This document shows, one piece after another, positions 9,987-19,861 of a stretch of 64,000 nucleotides of DNA. The stretch covers positions 384,001 through 448,000 of the forward strand of contig CAWEJX010000001.1 in assembly GCA_963809485.1 (NCBI GenBank). The letters run 5' to 3'. The DNA comes from an uncultured Acidobacteriota bacterium. Its GTDB lineage: Bacteria > Acidobacteriota > UBA6911. Numbering within the stretch: the stretch's first letter is position 1; each line of letters begins with the position of its first letter. The translations under genes and the position numbers were made by a program. The notes under the pieces were generated by a model. It was given only the letters and a program-made list of their open reading frames with translations, did not search any database and was not told the DNA's origin.

Positions 9987-10214
9987 AGTCTTTCTCCGGA
10001 TCTATGCCCTGAAGTATCGGCAACTTGTCGAAAAATCCGGTGACCTCCGTCACCAAAGCTTCCATTTGGCGGGGAGCCTGCAAAATCTGTGTTATTGTTG
10101 GAATGCGAATTATGCTAGGATGCGGCCTGGAACATGAGGCAGGCACAAATAGCCTGACAGGGAAACGACAGGTGAGGGATTTCCCTGGCAGGAATATTTT
10201 GCCTGCCTTTATTT

Positions 10215-11594
10215 TTAGGATCCCTTTTTCACCAGGACGGTCTTGATTGTCTCGAGGATAATAAGGGCGTCCAGAACCCAAGACATATTCTTGATGTAGA
10301 AAAGATCGTACTGCAGTTTTTCCACGGTGTGATCCAGCGTATTGGCATACCCGTAGTTGATTTGGGCCCATCCGGTGATTCCAGGCTTTACGACGTGGCG
10401 CAGCGGGTAAAAGGGTATTGATTCAGCAAGCTGTTGAACAAAGTGAGGACGTTCCGGCCTGGGACCAACGAGGCTCATATCTCCGCGCAAAACGTTGAAG
10501 AACTGCGGCAGTTCATCCAACCGCGTCCGGCGCATTATTTTGCCAAGGCGTGTGACTCGGCTATCCCCTTCCGCGGACCATACGGGACCGGTCTCTGCTT
10601 CGGCGTCTTCACGCATGGAACGAAATTTCACCAGCCAGAAGGTTTTCCCGTCCTGTCCTACGCGCTCCTGTCTATAGAATATCGGTCCTTTGGAATCCAG
10701 CTTGATCAGAACCATCAGGAGAAGAATAACGGGAGATAAAACCAGTAAAAGGACCGAGGATATTGCAACCGATAACACCCGCTTTTGAAAAAAAATGCGC
10801 TTGGAAACCGCAAATCCCTGGTTGAAGACCATCCAGCTGGGCTTCAGGTTTTCGATCGGAATTTTTCCAGCCACGCGTTCATAGAAGGCGGTTGCATCTT
10901 CGATGGCAATACCCCGGGTTTTGTATTCGAGAAGTTCTTTTATGGGCAGCTTCCCTCTGCGATCCTGCAATCCGACGACAATTCGATCCACCTTGTGATT
11001 CTCAACCAGTTTCGGCAGCTCTTCGTAGACTCCGACCACGCTTGGATTCACAATGGATTGCCCGACAAGCTTCGGATTGTCACCCACAAAGCCGACAACC
11101 CTTATGCCCAACTCGGGGTGCCTCAAAATCTCTCTTACGGCCTCGCGGGCGAGAGTGCCGGTTCCGAGCACCAGCAGGTTGGTGTGTGGAGCGCGACGGT
11201 CCCAATAGACGCGCAGGACAGAATGCCAGATCACAAGGAAGGCGCAGCTAAGCACCAGGCTGATTCCGAAAACTCCGCGGCCGATCATAACGCTCGGCGC
11301 TATGAAATAGAGAACACATAAGACCACGGTTGCCATAAACAGCGCCTGACAGAGGCGGAGGATATATTCCTTTGAAGAACGCGTTCTGCGGGACCCGTAT
11401 ATGTCGTTCAGGTGGAGCGAAAGCTGGAAAATTGCGGCGACCAATATTGCTTTTAGCAGCATGTGGTCGCCATTGCTTGAAGCCAGGGGGGATTCGCTCA
11501 GGCGGAGAAGATAGGCAGCCAAGACGCACCCTACCAAAAGCAGGGTTTCGACGAAGACCGCGCCGAATTTCCGCAACGCAAGATACCGCCACAT
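10215..11594 (-). CDS. PEP-CTERM system-associated polyprenyl glycosylphosphotransferase (TIGR03013-like priming sugar transferase)
   Basis: KFRSM, RTRLDELPQFFNVLRGDMSLVGPRPERP, KPGITGWAQ, KLQYDLFYIKN. Confidence 0.93.
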   Translation of the reverse strand: MWRYLALRKFGAVFVETLLLVGCVLAAYLLRLSESPLASSNGDHMLLKAILVAAIFQLSLHLNDIYGSRRTRSSKEYILRLCQALFMATVVLCVLYFIAPSVMIGRGVFGISLVLSCAFLVIWHSVLRVYWDRRAPHTNLLVLGTGTLAREAVREILRHPELGIRVVGFVGDNPKLVGQSIVNPSVVGVYEELPKLVENHKVDRIVVGLQDRRGKLPIKELLEYKTRGIAIEDATAFYERVAGKIPIENLKPSWMVFNQGFAVSKRIFFQKRVLSVAISSVLLLVLSPVILLLMVLIKLDSKGPIFYRQERVGQDGKTFWLVKFRSMREDAEAETGPVWSAEGDSRVTRLGKIMRRTRLDELPQFFNVLRGDMSLVGPRPERPHFVQQLAESIPFYPLRHVVKPGITGWAQINYGYANTLDHTVEKLQYDLFYIKNMSWVLDALIILETIKTVLVKKGS

Positions 11595-11859
11595 GAACCT
11601 GTGCCCTCACTTCCACTGCAGCTTCAGTCTAACAGTTCATCGACAAGATGAAGGGAATCATTGATTAAAAAATGATTCGCCCGGTTAATTTTCTGAACTA
11701 GCGAAAAACATTAGGTTTAAGAATCAAGGAATGTTCGCGATCCCTTGGCGCCTAAGGCTGGGTGAGGGCCCACTTATTATATGTTTCAATACGGCAGCCG
11801 TCAATACCAAATAAGAAGTTCATTGTTCACAGGCCACAGGAAGCTGTACCATATGCTTC

Positions 11860-12435
11860 GTGAATTTGGGATCAAGCCTGGCTCAATCCGTATATAACTA
11901 TCTCGACATCGGGAAATCACCGCGCCCTGCCGACTGCATTTACGTTCTCTCGGGCAATCAGGAACGAAATGCCTATGGCACCAAAATGTGGAGATACGGC
12001 TACTCGAGGCAGCTCATACTATGCGTCGGCAGGTCCGAGTTACCCAATTTTACGCAACTTAGGCTCGAAACAGACAGTGAGCCGGAACCCTTGTTGAAGC
12101 GGATGTCGGCTGCAGGAGATCATTTTCTGATTCGTAGAGATCGCCAGCAGACTTCCTATGCCCCGGCTCGAATGGGGCGATTGAAGATCCGTTCTGAGAC
12201 CCGCGCTTTGGCTGAGTACCTCAGCGATATACCCGTGCGATCTCTCCTCGTAGTCTCTTCACCCATCCACATGCGACGCGTGGCGCTATCCTTCCGGCGT
12301 GCCTTCCGAAAAGCCGGCGTGCATCTGGCTTTTGTAGCCGTGCCGGAAAATCCCTCGCTGTCTTCCCCTTCCATCCGGGCTGAAATCTGGATGGAGTTCG
12401 GGAAATATATTCTTTCTCGAGCCTTTTTACTCTGA
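11860..12435 (+). CDS. YdcF/DUF218-family protein
   Basis: ADCIYVLSG, ET.AL, LLVVSSPIHMRRV, C-terminal E.GKY. Confidence 0.7.
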   Translation: MNLGSSLAQSVYNYLDIGKSPRPADCIYVLSGNQERNAYGTKMWRYGYSRQLILCVGRSELPNFTQLRLETDSEPEPLLKRMSAAGDHFLIRRDRQQTSYAPARMGRLKIRSETRALAEYLSDIPVRSLLVVSSPIHMRRVALSFRRAFRKAGVHLAFVAVPENPSLSSPSIRAEIWMEFGKYILSRAFLL

Positions 12436-12614
12436 AACTCCGGGGCATCCGTTTGGATCGGACTCCTCTCAAAACCTGGAATCGGGGCTAATGCAGACCA
12501 CGGATTCATTCATTTTGCAATTTGATGCGCCAACCGTGCGTTAACTCGCTTCGGCTGCCCTGGTTTTCTGGGAACGCAACGGAAGCCGCCGCCGGTTTTC
12601 CGGATAACTCGGGC

Positions 12615-15600
12615 TTACAGTTTGGCCAATGTCGAACGGGCTTCATCGGCTCCGGAGAAGTTCGGGCTCAGGCGCAAAGCTTCCGAAAGTGAAGCCCTGG
12701 CGTTCGCTTTGTCGCCAGCTTTGAAATAACTCATCCCGAGATGATAGTGGAACACAGGATTTTTCGAATCCAGACGGACGCTCTCTTTGAGAGTCTGAAT
12801 CGCAGACTGGAAGGATCCTTGACGGTAATAAACCCAGCCAAGCGTATCCGTAACACTTGCCGAACCAGGCAGCTTTCTTTTGGCAATTCTTGCCAGACTT
12901 AATGCTTCGTTCAGGTCGCCGCCTGTTTCGGCCAGCAGCCAGGACAGATTATTCGCGGCCACCGTGAACTGCGGATCAATTTTTAAAGCTTCCCTGTAGC
13001 TCTCTATCGCCTTGGTTTTGTTCTTCTGCAATTCATAAATCGCGCCGAGTAATGCCCAGCTTTGAGAGGATTCCGGGTTGAGTTTGATAGCGTTATCCAA
13101 TTCCCTGATGGCCTGGTCTGCGGAATTTTGCATCCCGTATAGTTGCCCAAGGAGCTGATAGGTGCTCAGGTTGCTGCTATCGAGAGACAGCGCCTTGCGA
13201 TAGGACTGTTCGGCATTTGTATAATCGCTTCGGCTGGCATAAATCCGTCCCTGAATCTCGTAAAGCTTTGCATTCTTAGGAGATTTCTCAATCTGCTGGT
13301 TGACAAGCTGGAGAGCTTTTTCGGGATTCTTTCGAGCCAGGGCAATCTCCGCAAGGGCTGTCACCGGTTCCGCGTCACCCGGATTTGCTTTGACTGCCTC
13401 GTTCAGCAATTCCTCGGCTTTGGCAGTATTTCCCAAGCCATAATAGGCAAGCCCCAGGCGGTTGAGTGCCAAGGAATCCCCGGGCTTGACTTTCAGATAC
13501 GCTTCATAAGCATCTACCGCTCCTCTGTAATTTCGCTGGGCGTCGTAGGCGGCTCCCAGGCTCAGGCGTGCATCGGAAGAATTCGGATTTACTCGAAGGG
13601 CTTGTTGTGCGAAGCGAATAGCAGAAGCATAGTCACCGCTGTCATACTTGAGCCGGCTCAGTGCAATGTGGGCGATAGCCATCCGTGGATCCAATTCCAC
13701 AGCCCTGTTCCACGCCTCTTCGACCTTTGCAGATTTCGGATCCTTAAGGTATAGGGCCTGACCCAAGACAAAGTGGGCGGAGGCCAACTTGGGATTGATG
13801 CCTATGGCGGCCTGCGCCTCCTCTATGGCAGCATCGGCGCTTCCCTTCCCACGAAGCAGATCGCTCTTGATGATGTGCGCTTCGGTGTCATTTGGAGTCC
13901 TTTTCAGGATTTCATCAATGACCTTTATTCCTTTATCCCAGGATTTCTGGCGGAGGTACTGGATTGCCAGTTGTTTGTTGTAGGAAACATTGCCAGGTTC
14001 CCTTTGTGCCAGGCTTTGCAGAAGATCGGTGCTCTTTTCAGGCTTTCCCGTCCGCGAATAAAAGCCTGCCAGCGCGGAAGCAACCGCCGGATTCTTCGGA
14101 TCGGCCTGAACCGCTTTTTTATAGAGGTCCTCTGCGCGGACCAGGTCTTTCCGGGATTCAGAAATTTCAGCCTGCAGGCGCAGAATGGGCGCCTGGGCCG
14201 CACCGTTTGTACGTGCCATTTGCTGATTCAACCGTTGAACAGCCTTGTCCGGCTTACCCTGCCGCATATAAAGAGCCGTGATTCCCGAGAGGGCATCAAC
14301 AGAAGACGTATCAGTTTTAAGGGCAGCTTCAAATTGCGCTTCCGCCCGAGGCAAATCGCCGGCCGTCAAATATGCGGCCCCCAACCGCTCTTGTCCACGT
14401 GCATCCGCAGGATTACGCTGAACGTATGCTTCCAATTCCGGGATTGCAGCTCCTGTATTGCCCTTTTGCATATGCGCCGCGCCCAGGATCAAATGCGCTT
14501 CGGTACGGTTCGGGGCAATCGTCAATGCCTGCTGGGCATAACGAATCGCGTTGTCCGCATCTCCTGCCTCGAGCTTCAGCTGTGCCAGAGCCAACACAGG
14601 CTGTACGAAGCGGCCTGGATTCCGGGCGGCCTCGGTCCACTCCTTTTCCGCTGACTGCCGATCCCCGGACTGGAGATACGCCATTCCCAGAAAGTGCCGT
14701 GCCTGGACCGAATCGGGATCTGCATCTGCAGCGGACTTGAATTGCTTCAGCGCATCAGCATATTTGCTCTGCGCATACAGGATTCTGCCTTTAAGCACCA
14801 GCGCGTCCATGTTCTTGGGATCACTTTTGAGAATTACGTCGGCTATTTCTTCAGCTTTGCCGTAAGCCTTCTGATTAATATAGGAATCGGCTAGCCTTTC
14901 TTTCAGTTTTTCATCGTCAGGATTCTCTTTCACAAGCCCTTCAAGCACCTCGGCGCTCTTGTCGGCCTTTCCGATCAAACTGTAAAAATTGCTCAGCGCC
15001 TGGCGTGCGGCCGAGTTTTTCGGGTCGACGGAAACTGCCTTCATATAGGCTTGTTCAGCCTTAACGGGATCGTTCATCCTCAAATAGGCTTGCCCGAGGA
15101 CCTCGTATAGCTGAACCTGTTTCGGATTCTGCTCTATGGCCCGGTTGATGCGATCCAAAGCCTTTTGCGGATTCTTCTGAGACATATAGAGGCCTGCGAG
15201 CGAAGCAAGGGCATCGAAGTATTGCGGATTGGCTTTTAGAGCAGTCTCGAACTGGGCTTCAGCCTGCCTGGCAGCGCCCTGGGTCATGTAAACCATGCCA
15301 AGCCTGTGATGGCCTGCCGCGCTCTCAGGATTGCGCTGCACGAACTCCTCGAGCTCTCTTGCTGCTCCCTGGTAATCCTTGTTGTTCGCCAGGGCGATTC
15401 CCAGAACCAGCCTCGCCTCGCGGGCATTGGCATCGATTGCCAACGCCTGTTTGGCGAGTGATGCGGCGGTCTGTGAATCGCCGGCATTCAACCTCAGCTG
15501 AGCGAGTGCGATGTAAGCCTGTGTCAGGGTGGCGTCATAGCGTAAAGCCTGAATCAGCTCCTGCTCCGCCTTTTGCTGGTCCTCATTCAATAGCAGTGCG

Positions 15601-16727
15601 AAGCCCAAGAAATAGTGGGACTGGCCTCTCGTGGGCAGGGCTTTGACGGCCGCTTCCAGCTTTGTCACGGCGTCCGGAATCCTTTTCTGTGCCAGCGCAA
15701 TCCTGCCCTGGATCAGAAAAGCATCACCGTCCTTGGGATTGATCTTAAGGATCTTTTCGGCCAGCTGGCTCGCTTTGTCCAGTTCATTGCGGGAAATGTA
15801 GATTCCTGCCAAACGCTTGAGGGGCAACGGATCCGAGGCATTGTCGGAAGCAAGCTTCCTATAGGCTTCCATGGCGCGTTCTGTCTGTCCGGTCCCGGCC
15901 AAAAAATCCGCAAGCACGATTTTGTGGATGATTTCATTCGGATAGATATCACACAGCTTGGCGTAGACAGCTTCAGCCTCGGAAAGTCTCTTGTTTTGCA
16001 TCAAAAAATAGCCAAGCGCATTGTACGCGCTGCGGGATTTTGGATCCGCTGCAATGGCGCTTTGGTAGAGCTGTTCCGCTTCCTGGGGACGCTGCGAGAG
16101 GGAGTAGTAATTGGAAAGGGCAATCCTCGGCTCGACGGAATCGGGGGCGACCTCAATAGCATGCCTGTAAGCTTCCTCTGCCAGCTCCGGCTGACGCACG
16201 GTTTCCCCAGGATCGGACAGCTTGAGAAAGGCAGGCATAAAACGCGGCTCAGGCTGAAGACCTTGCCGCATCTCCCCTATGGATTCGTCGAGCTGGATCA
16301 TGCGCGCGTAAGTGTTGCCGAGGAGTATTTGCGCATGGACATTGCTGGAATCGCGCCTCAAAATCAATTCAGCCTTGCCCCGGGCATCGTCGAACTTCCT
16401 TTCCATGAGCAGGATGTTGGCAAGCCTTAGCTGGGCGGACAGATTGTTGGGATCGAGCTGAATGGTTTTCATCAGGGTCCCGTACGCATCGCTGAATTGC
16501 CCCACACAAAGTTGCCCGAGCGAAAGCTTATAGTGCGCTTCCGGGAGATTTGGAGCAGCCTTTACGGCGTTCCGAAATTCAATCATCGCCTCTTTGTACT
16601 TTCCCTGAGACAAGTACTTTTCCCCGTTGCTTATGTACTTTTGGGGATTCTTGGAACAACCGGCAATCGATAGCATAAAGACAGCCAGGACAAGCCAGCC
16701 GGCACGGAATCGAAATGAGCTAGGCAT
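12615..16727 (-). CDS. prsT: TPR lipoprotein of the PEP-CTERM system (PrsT-like), 1370 aa
   Basis: Lipobox IAGC, continuous TPRs, C-terminal AANNLSWLL..DTLGWVYY..YHLGM; downstream of exosortase/epsI. Confidence 0.88.
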   Translation of the reverse strand: MPSSFRFRAGWLVLAVFMLSIAGCSKNPQKYISNGEKYLSQGKYKEAMIEFRNAVKAAPNLPEAHYKLSLGQLCVGQFSDAYGTLMKTIQLDPNNLSAQLRLANILLMERKFDDARGKAELILRRDSSNVHAQILLGNTYARMIQLDESIGEMRQGLQPEPRFMPAFLKLSDPGETVRQPELAEEAYRHAIEVAPDSVEPRIALSNYYSLSQRPQEAEQLYQSAIAADPKSRSAYNALGYFLMQNKRLSEAEAVYAKLCDIYPNEIIHKIVLADFLAGTGQTERAMEAYRKLASDNASDPLPLKRLAGIYISRNELDKASQLAEKILKINPKDGDAFLIQGRIALAQKRIPDAVTKLEAAVKALPTRGQSHYFLGFALLLNEDQQKAEQELIQALRYDATLTQAYIALAQLRLNAGDSQTAASLAKQALAIDANAREARLVLGIALANNKDYQGAARELEEFVQRNPESAAGHHRLGMVYMTQGAARQAEAQFETALKANPQYFDALASLAGLYMSQKNPQKALDRINRAIEQNPKQVQLYEVLGQAYLRMNDPVKAEQAYMKAVSVDPKNSAARQALSNFYSLIGKADKSAEVLEGLVKENPDDEKLKERLADSYINQKAYGKAEEIADVILKSDPKNMDALVLKGRILYAQSKYADALKQFKSAADADPDSVQARHFLGMAYLQSGDRQSAEKEWTEAARNPGRFVQPVLALAQLKLEAGDADNAIRYAQQALTIAPNRTEAHLILGAAHMQKGNTGAAIPELEAYVQRNPADARGQERLGAAYLTAGDLPRAEAQFEAALKTDTSSVDALSGITALYMRQGKPDKAVQRLNQQMARTNGAAQAPILRLQAEISESRKDLVRAEDLYKKAVQADPKNPAVASALAGFYSRTGKPEKSTDLLQSLAQREPGNVSYNKQLAIQYLRQKSWDKGIKVIDEILKRTPNDTEAHIIKSDLLRGKGSADAAIEEAQAAIGINPKLASAHFVLGQALYLKDPKSAKVEEAWNRAVELDPRMAIAHIALSRLKYDSGDYASAIRFAQQALRVNPNSSDARLSLGAAYDAQRNYRGAVDAYEAYLKVKPGDSLALNRLGLAYYGLGNTAKAEELLNEAVKANPGDAEPVTALAEIALARKNPEKALQLVNQQIEKSPKNAKLYEIQGRIYASRSDYTNAEQSYRKALSLDSSNLSTYQLLGQLYGMQNSADQAIRELDNAIKLNPESSQSWALLGAIYELQKNKTKAIESYREALKIDPQFTVAANNLSWLLAETGGDLNEALSLARIAKRKLPGSASVTDTLGWVYYRQGSFQSAIQTLKESVRLDSKNPVFHYHLGMSYFKAGDKANARASLSEALRLSPNFSGADEARSTLAKL

Positions 16728-16852
16728 GAATTCCTCCGTAAAGAAGCGACCGAAATCTTTGCAAATTAATCTCTTACCGGATCCTTTTCAATACATCCCC
16801 TGGATAATTCATCAGGAGTAACCCACGCAACGGTCATGGAATACAAGCTTCG

Positions 16853-17515
16853 TTAATCCGGGATGTATCGGAATAGCATCGGGTATATCCGTTTCGCGAA
16901 ATCCACGGAGAGTCCTTCCGCCTTTTCCTCAGCAGCCGCCTCCAGTGACTCCGCCGGGCACATGATACGTACAAGCGCCGCATCCGTGCGCCCCAAACGC
17001 ATTTTATCCACCATTCCGTAGATCAAGCCCCAGTATTCGCTGGCGATGACTCGTCCGCAACCCTGATACCAGTAGAGCACAACTTGTTTGTCCGCCCCTT
17101 TAAGAATTACAATCCGGTTAACGCGTATGGATTTCCTGCCGTTGCCATCAGGGGGTGCGGTTACCGGTATATCAAGATAATCCTTCTCGACAGGGATCCA
17201 CCCGGAACCCGGAAGGCAGTTCAGGGGAGAATGAAAACCTCCCTTGAGGTGGTAGCCGATGTAAAGCCCCACGCTCTGACCGTCAGAATTGGTGTATTGG
17301 CGGGTTACATAGTCGCTGACCTGAAGCATATTGCGGGCATTATCACTGAGGTCCGCCAGAGGCTGTCCTTTCCACGAGCCAAGCTGCATCGGCAGGGTGG
17401 ATAGTGAATCGCGCTGCGGAATGGAAGCCGGTTCGAAGGTGCGTGCCATGATTCCCGCACCTGCGAGAAGGCAGATGCAAAAGACCAAAATCCGGATTGC
17501 CATGGATATCTTCAT
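16853..17515 (-). CDS. epsI: EpsI family protein
   Basis: LP..LG.W.G, LYIGY, HSPLNCLPGSGW, VLYWYQ..GR, RTDAALVRI. Confidence 0.92.
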   Translation of the reverse strand: MKISMAIRILVFCICLLAGAGIMARTFEPASIPQRDSLSTLPMQLGSWKGQPLADLSDNARNMLQVSDYVTRQYTNSDGQSVGLYIGYHLKGGFHSPLNCLPGSGWIPVEKDYLDIPVTAPPDGNGRKSIRVNRIVILKGADKQVVLYWYQGCGRVIASEYWGLIYGMVDKMRLGRTDAALVRIMCPAESLEAAAEEKAEGLSVDFAKRIYPMLFRYIPD

Positions 17516-17559
17516 CGCTCAAAGCTCCTCACGAAACCACCTGACCCCATAAAAGGTTG

Positions 17560-18408
17560 TTAAGCTGCAGCCGGTTCCTCAGCGGGATTATTCTTCGCAG
17601 GCGCCAGTCGAAGCAAGATTCGGTGCACAAGGAATAGCATGCAAAAGGCCACCACAAAGACCAGCCATCCTGAGAATGTATGGAAGAACCCCTCGGCCGC
17701 TTCCGGGCCGTAGTAATGCGCAGCCAGGCCAGTTCCGGAGACGCGGATCGCATTCGCCGCGATGGCAATCGGTACTGTGGACAGGGCGAGGATAACACGA
17801 AGCCAGGTTCTAGCTTCGATAAAATACCCATACACAATTCCCAGAGTCAGCAGCGATATCAACGACCGGATTCCGCTGCATGCCTCGGCAACTTCCAGAC
17901 TGGTATTGGCTAATTGGATCACGTTGCCTTCGCGCAGCACGGGGACCTGGCAGGCTGCCAGGGTCCATTCGCCGAAACGGGAAGACAGCAGCTGCAAGGG
18001 GAATGTCACCGGGTTGAAGATCACTGAAGGAATCGGAATCATGAGCAGCAGGAAAGCTATCGGGAAAGCCATCACTTTCAGGCGCGCCCAACCGCAAAGA
18101 AAGGCGATGCCACCGATCAGGCAGAAGAGCATCGCTATCCGGTTGACGAATGGATGCATATTCAGCACGGTTGCTAGGATTGCGGGCAGAAAAATGATCA
18201 TTCCTGTCCAGGAAGGTTTCCGGGGCGCTTGAGCAAACTTGCCTCGCCTCTCCCATGCAAAATAGAGGGCTAATGGCACGATCAGGAAGCCATGAGAGTA
18301 ATTGTCATCCCGCATCCAGTCACTGACCATTTCGACAATGACCTGTCGATAAAGCAAGGCAAAACATGCAAGAACAAGCAGCAGCGCTGCGGCGGTTTTT
18401 TTATTCAT
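17560..18408 (-). CDS. epsH: exosortase (EpsH/XrtA-type)
   Basis: YSHGFLIVP; catalytic Cys (VAEACSGIRSL), Arg (ANAIRV) and His (FFHTFSGW); multi-TM. Confidence 0.93.
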   Translation of the reverse strand: MNKKTAAALLLVLACFALLYRQVIVEMVSDWMRDDNYSHGFLIVPLALYFAWERRGKFAQAPRKPSWTGMIIFLPAILATVLNMHPFVNRIAMLFCLIGGIAFLCGWARLKVMAFPIAFLLLMIPIPSVIFNPVTFPLQLLSSRFGEWTLAACQVPVLREGNVIQLANTSLEVAEACSGIRSLISLLTLGIVYGYFIEARTWLRVILALSTVPIAIAANAIRVSGTGLAAHYYGPEAAEGFFHTFSGWLVFVVAFCMLFLVHRILLRLAPAKNNPAEEPAAA

Positions 18409-18436
18409 TTTAATCCCAAATATTTAGCCTGAATCT

Positions 18437-19840
18437 TTACCGCAGTCCGTGACGCTCCATGAGCTCGTAAAGCGTCGGCCTGCTTACGCCAAGAGCTCGC
18501 GCGCTTTTCGAGATGTTTCCACCGTTCTCCAAAAGGGCTCTCTCAATAATTTCCCGTTCCAGCTCTTCGCGCGCCTCCTTCAGCTTGCCTTGAACGTTCT
18601 CCGGTTCCTCCGCCGGGGCCGCCAGATCCAGCTCCTCGGGTGAAATCGTTCTGCCTTCCGAAAGCACCAGCGCCCTCTGAACCCGATTCTGAAGCTCCCG
18701 AACGTTCCCCGGCCACGAATGCTTGCGCATGGCATCGAGCGCCGGTTTCGAGAATCGAGTGGGCGGCTTTTTCATTTCACGGCAATAGGATTTGACAAGG
18801 TGATGAGCCAGGTCGACGACGTCTTCGCCGCGATCCCGCAATGGGGGCAAGAGCACCCGAACCACTGCCAGGCGAAAATACAAATCCTCGCGGAATCGAC
18901 CGGCTTTCACAGCCGCCTCGAGATCCTGGTTTGTAGCGGCAATCACACGCGCATCAATGCGAATTGGATCCCTGCCTCCCACGCGCTCCACGATTTTCTC
19001 CTGCAGGAATCGCAGGATCTTGACCTGCAACTCGGGCACCAAATCGCCGATTTCGTCGAGGAAAAGAGTTCCGCCGTTTGCATACTCAAATTTTCCGCGG
19101 CGCTGGGACGTCGCTCCGCTGAAAGACCCCTTTTCGTGGCCAAAGAGCTCACTTTCGAGAAGGGTCTCGGGAATTGCAGCGCAATTGATGGCGATGAACG
19201 GTCCTTTCTTACGGGCACCCCGGTTGTGGATTGCATTGGCGATGAGCTCTTTGCCCGTGCCGCTTTCGCCAAGTAAAAGCACCGGGACATCGGTCTCGGC
19301 GACTTTCCGGACCGTCTCAAAAACAATCTGCATGGGCCGGCTGGACCCGATGATTTCCTCCAGTGAAACCCGCTGCGCCAGGCGTCGTTCCTCAATGCTC
19401 TCGTTCTCAAGAGCCAGCCGTTTGAAAACGCGGCCTAAAACAACTTTGAGCTCATCCAAATCCACGGGCTTGGGGAAAATGTCGTGAGCTCCTTTCTCGA
19501 TAGCCCGGAAAGCGTTTGCGCGTTCAGAGTTGCCTGAGACAATTATGACCTTTACCAGGGGGTTTAATGCGATCAGTTCATCCAGCGCAGCAAGGCCTTC
19601 GACGGCTTCGCGGGGATGGGGGGGCAGACCCAGGTCGAGCAGAACAACTGCAATTTTCTCCCTTCGAAAGGTATCAAGCGCACCGATCCTATCCGATGCG
19701 GCAAATACGGCATAGTTGTCCGATAGCGCCCAGCGCACCTGGCGAAGGATCTGCTCATCGTCATCCACTACCAGCAGTTTGGGTAGCGATGCCGTTTCCT
19801 TCTGGTCCTTCCGAACTGTCATTTTCCCGCTCTTTTCCAT
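18437..19840 (-). CDS. prsR: sigma-54 dependent response regulator, PEP-CTERM-box type
   Basis: REC (LLDLGLPP), Walker A GESGTGKE, ESELFGHEKGSFSGA, WPGNVREL, HTH LGVSRPTLY. Confidence 0.92.
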   Translation of the reverse strand: MEKSGKMTVRKDQKETASLPKLLVVDDDEQILRQVRWALSDNYAVFAASDRIGALDTFRREKIAVVLLDLGLPPHPREAVEGLAALDELIALNPLVKVIIVSGNSERANAFRAIEKGAHDIFPKPVDLDELKVVLGRVFKRLALENESIEERRLAQRVSLEEIIGSSRPMQIVFETVRKVAETDVPVLLLGESGTGKELIANAIHNRGARKKGPFIAINCAAIPETLLESELFGHEKGSFSGATSQRRGKFEYANGGTLFLDEIGDLVPELQVKILRFLQEKIVERVGGRDPIRIDARVIAATNQDLEAAVKAGRFREDLYFRLAVVRVLLPPLRDRGEDVVDLAHHLVKSYCREMKKPPTRFSKPALDAMRKHSWPGNVRELQNRVQRALVLSEGRTISPEELDLAAPAEEPENVQGKLKEAREELEREIIERALLENGGNISKSARALGVSRPTLYELMERHGLR

Positions 19841-19861
19841 CCTTTGCCAGTCCCTGCTTCG

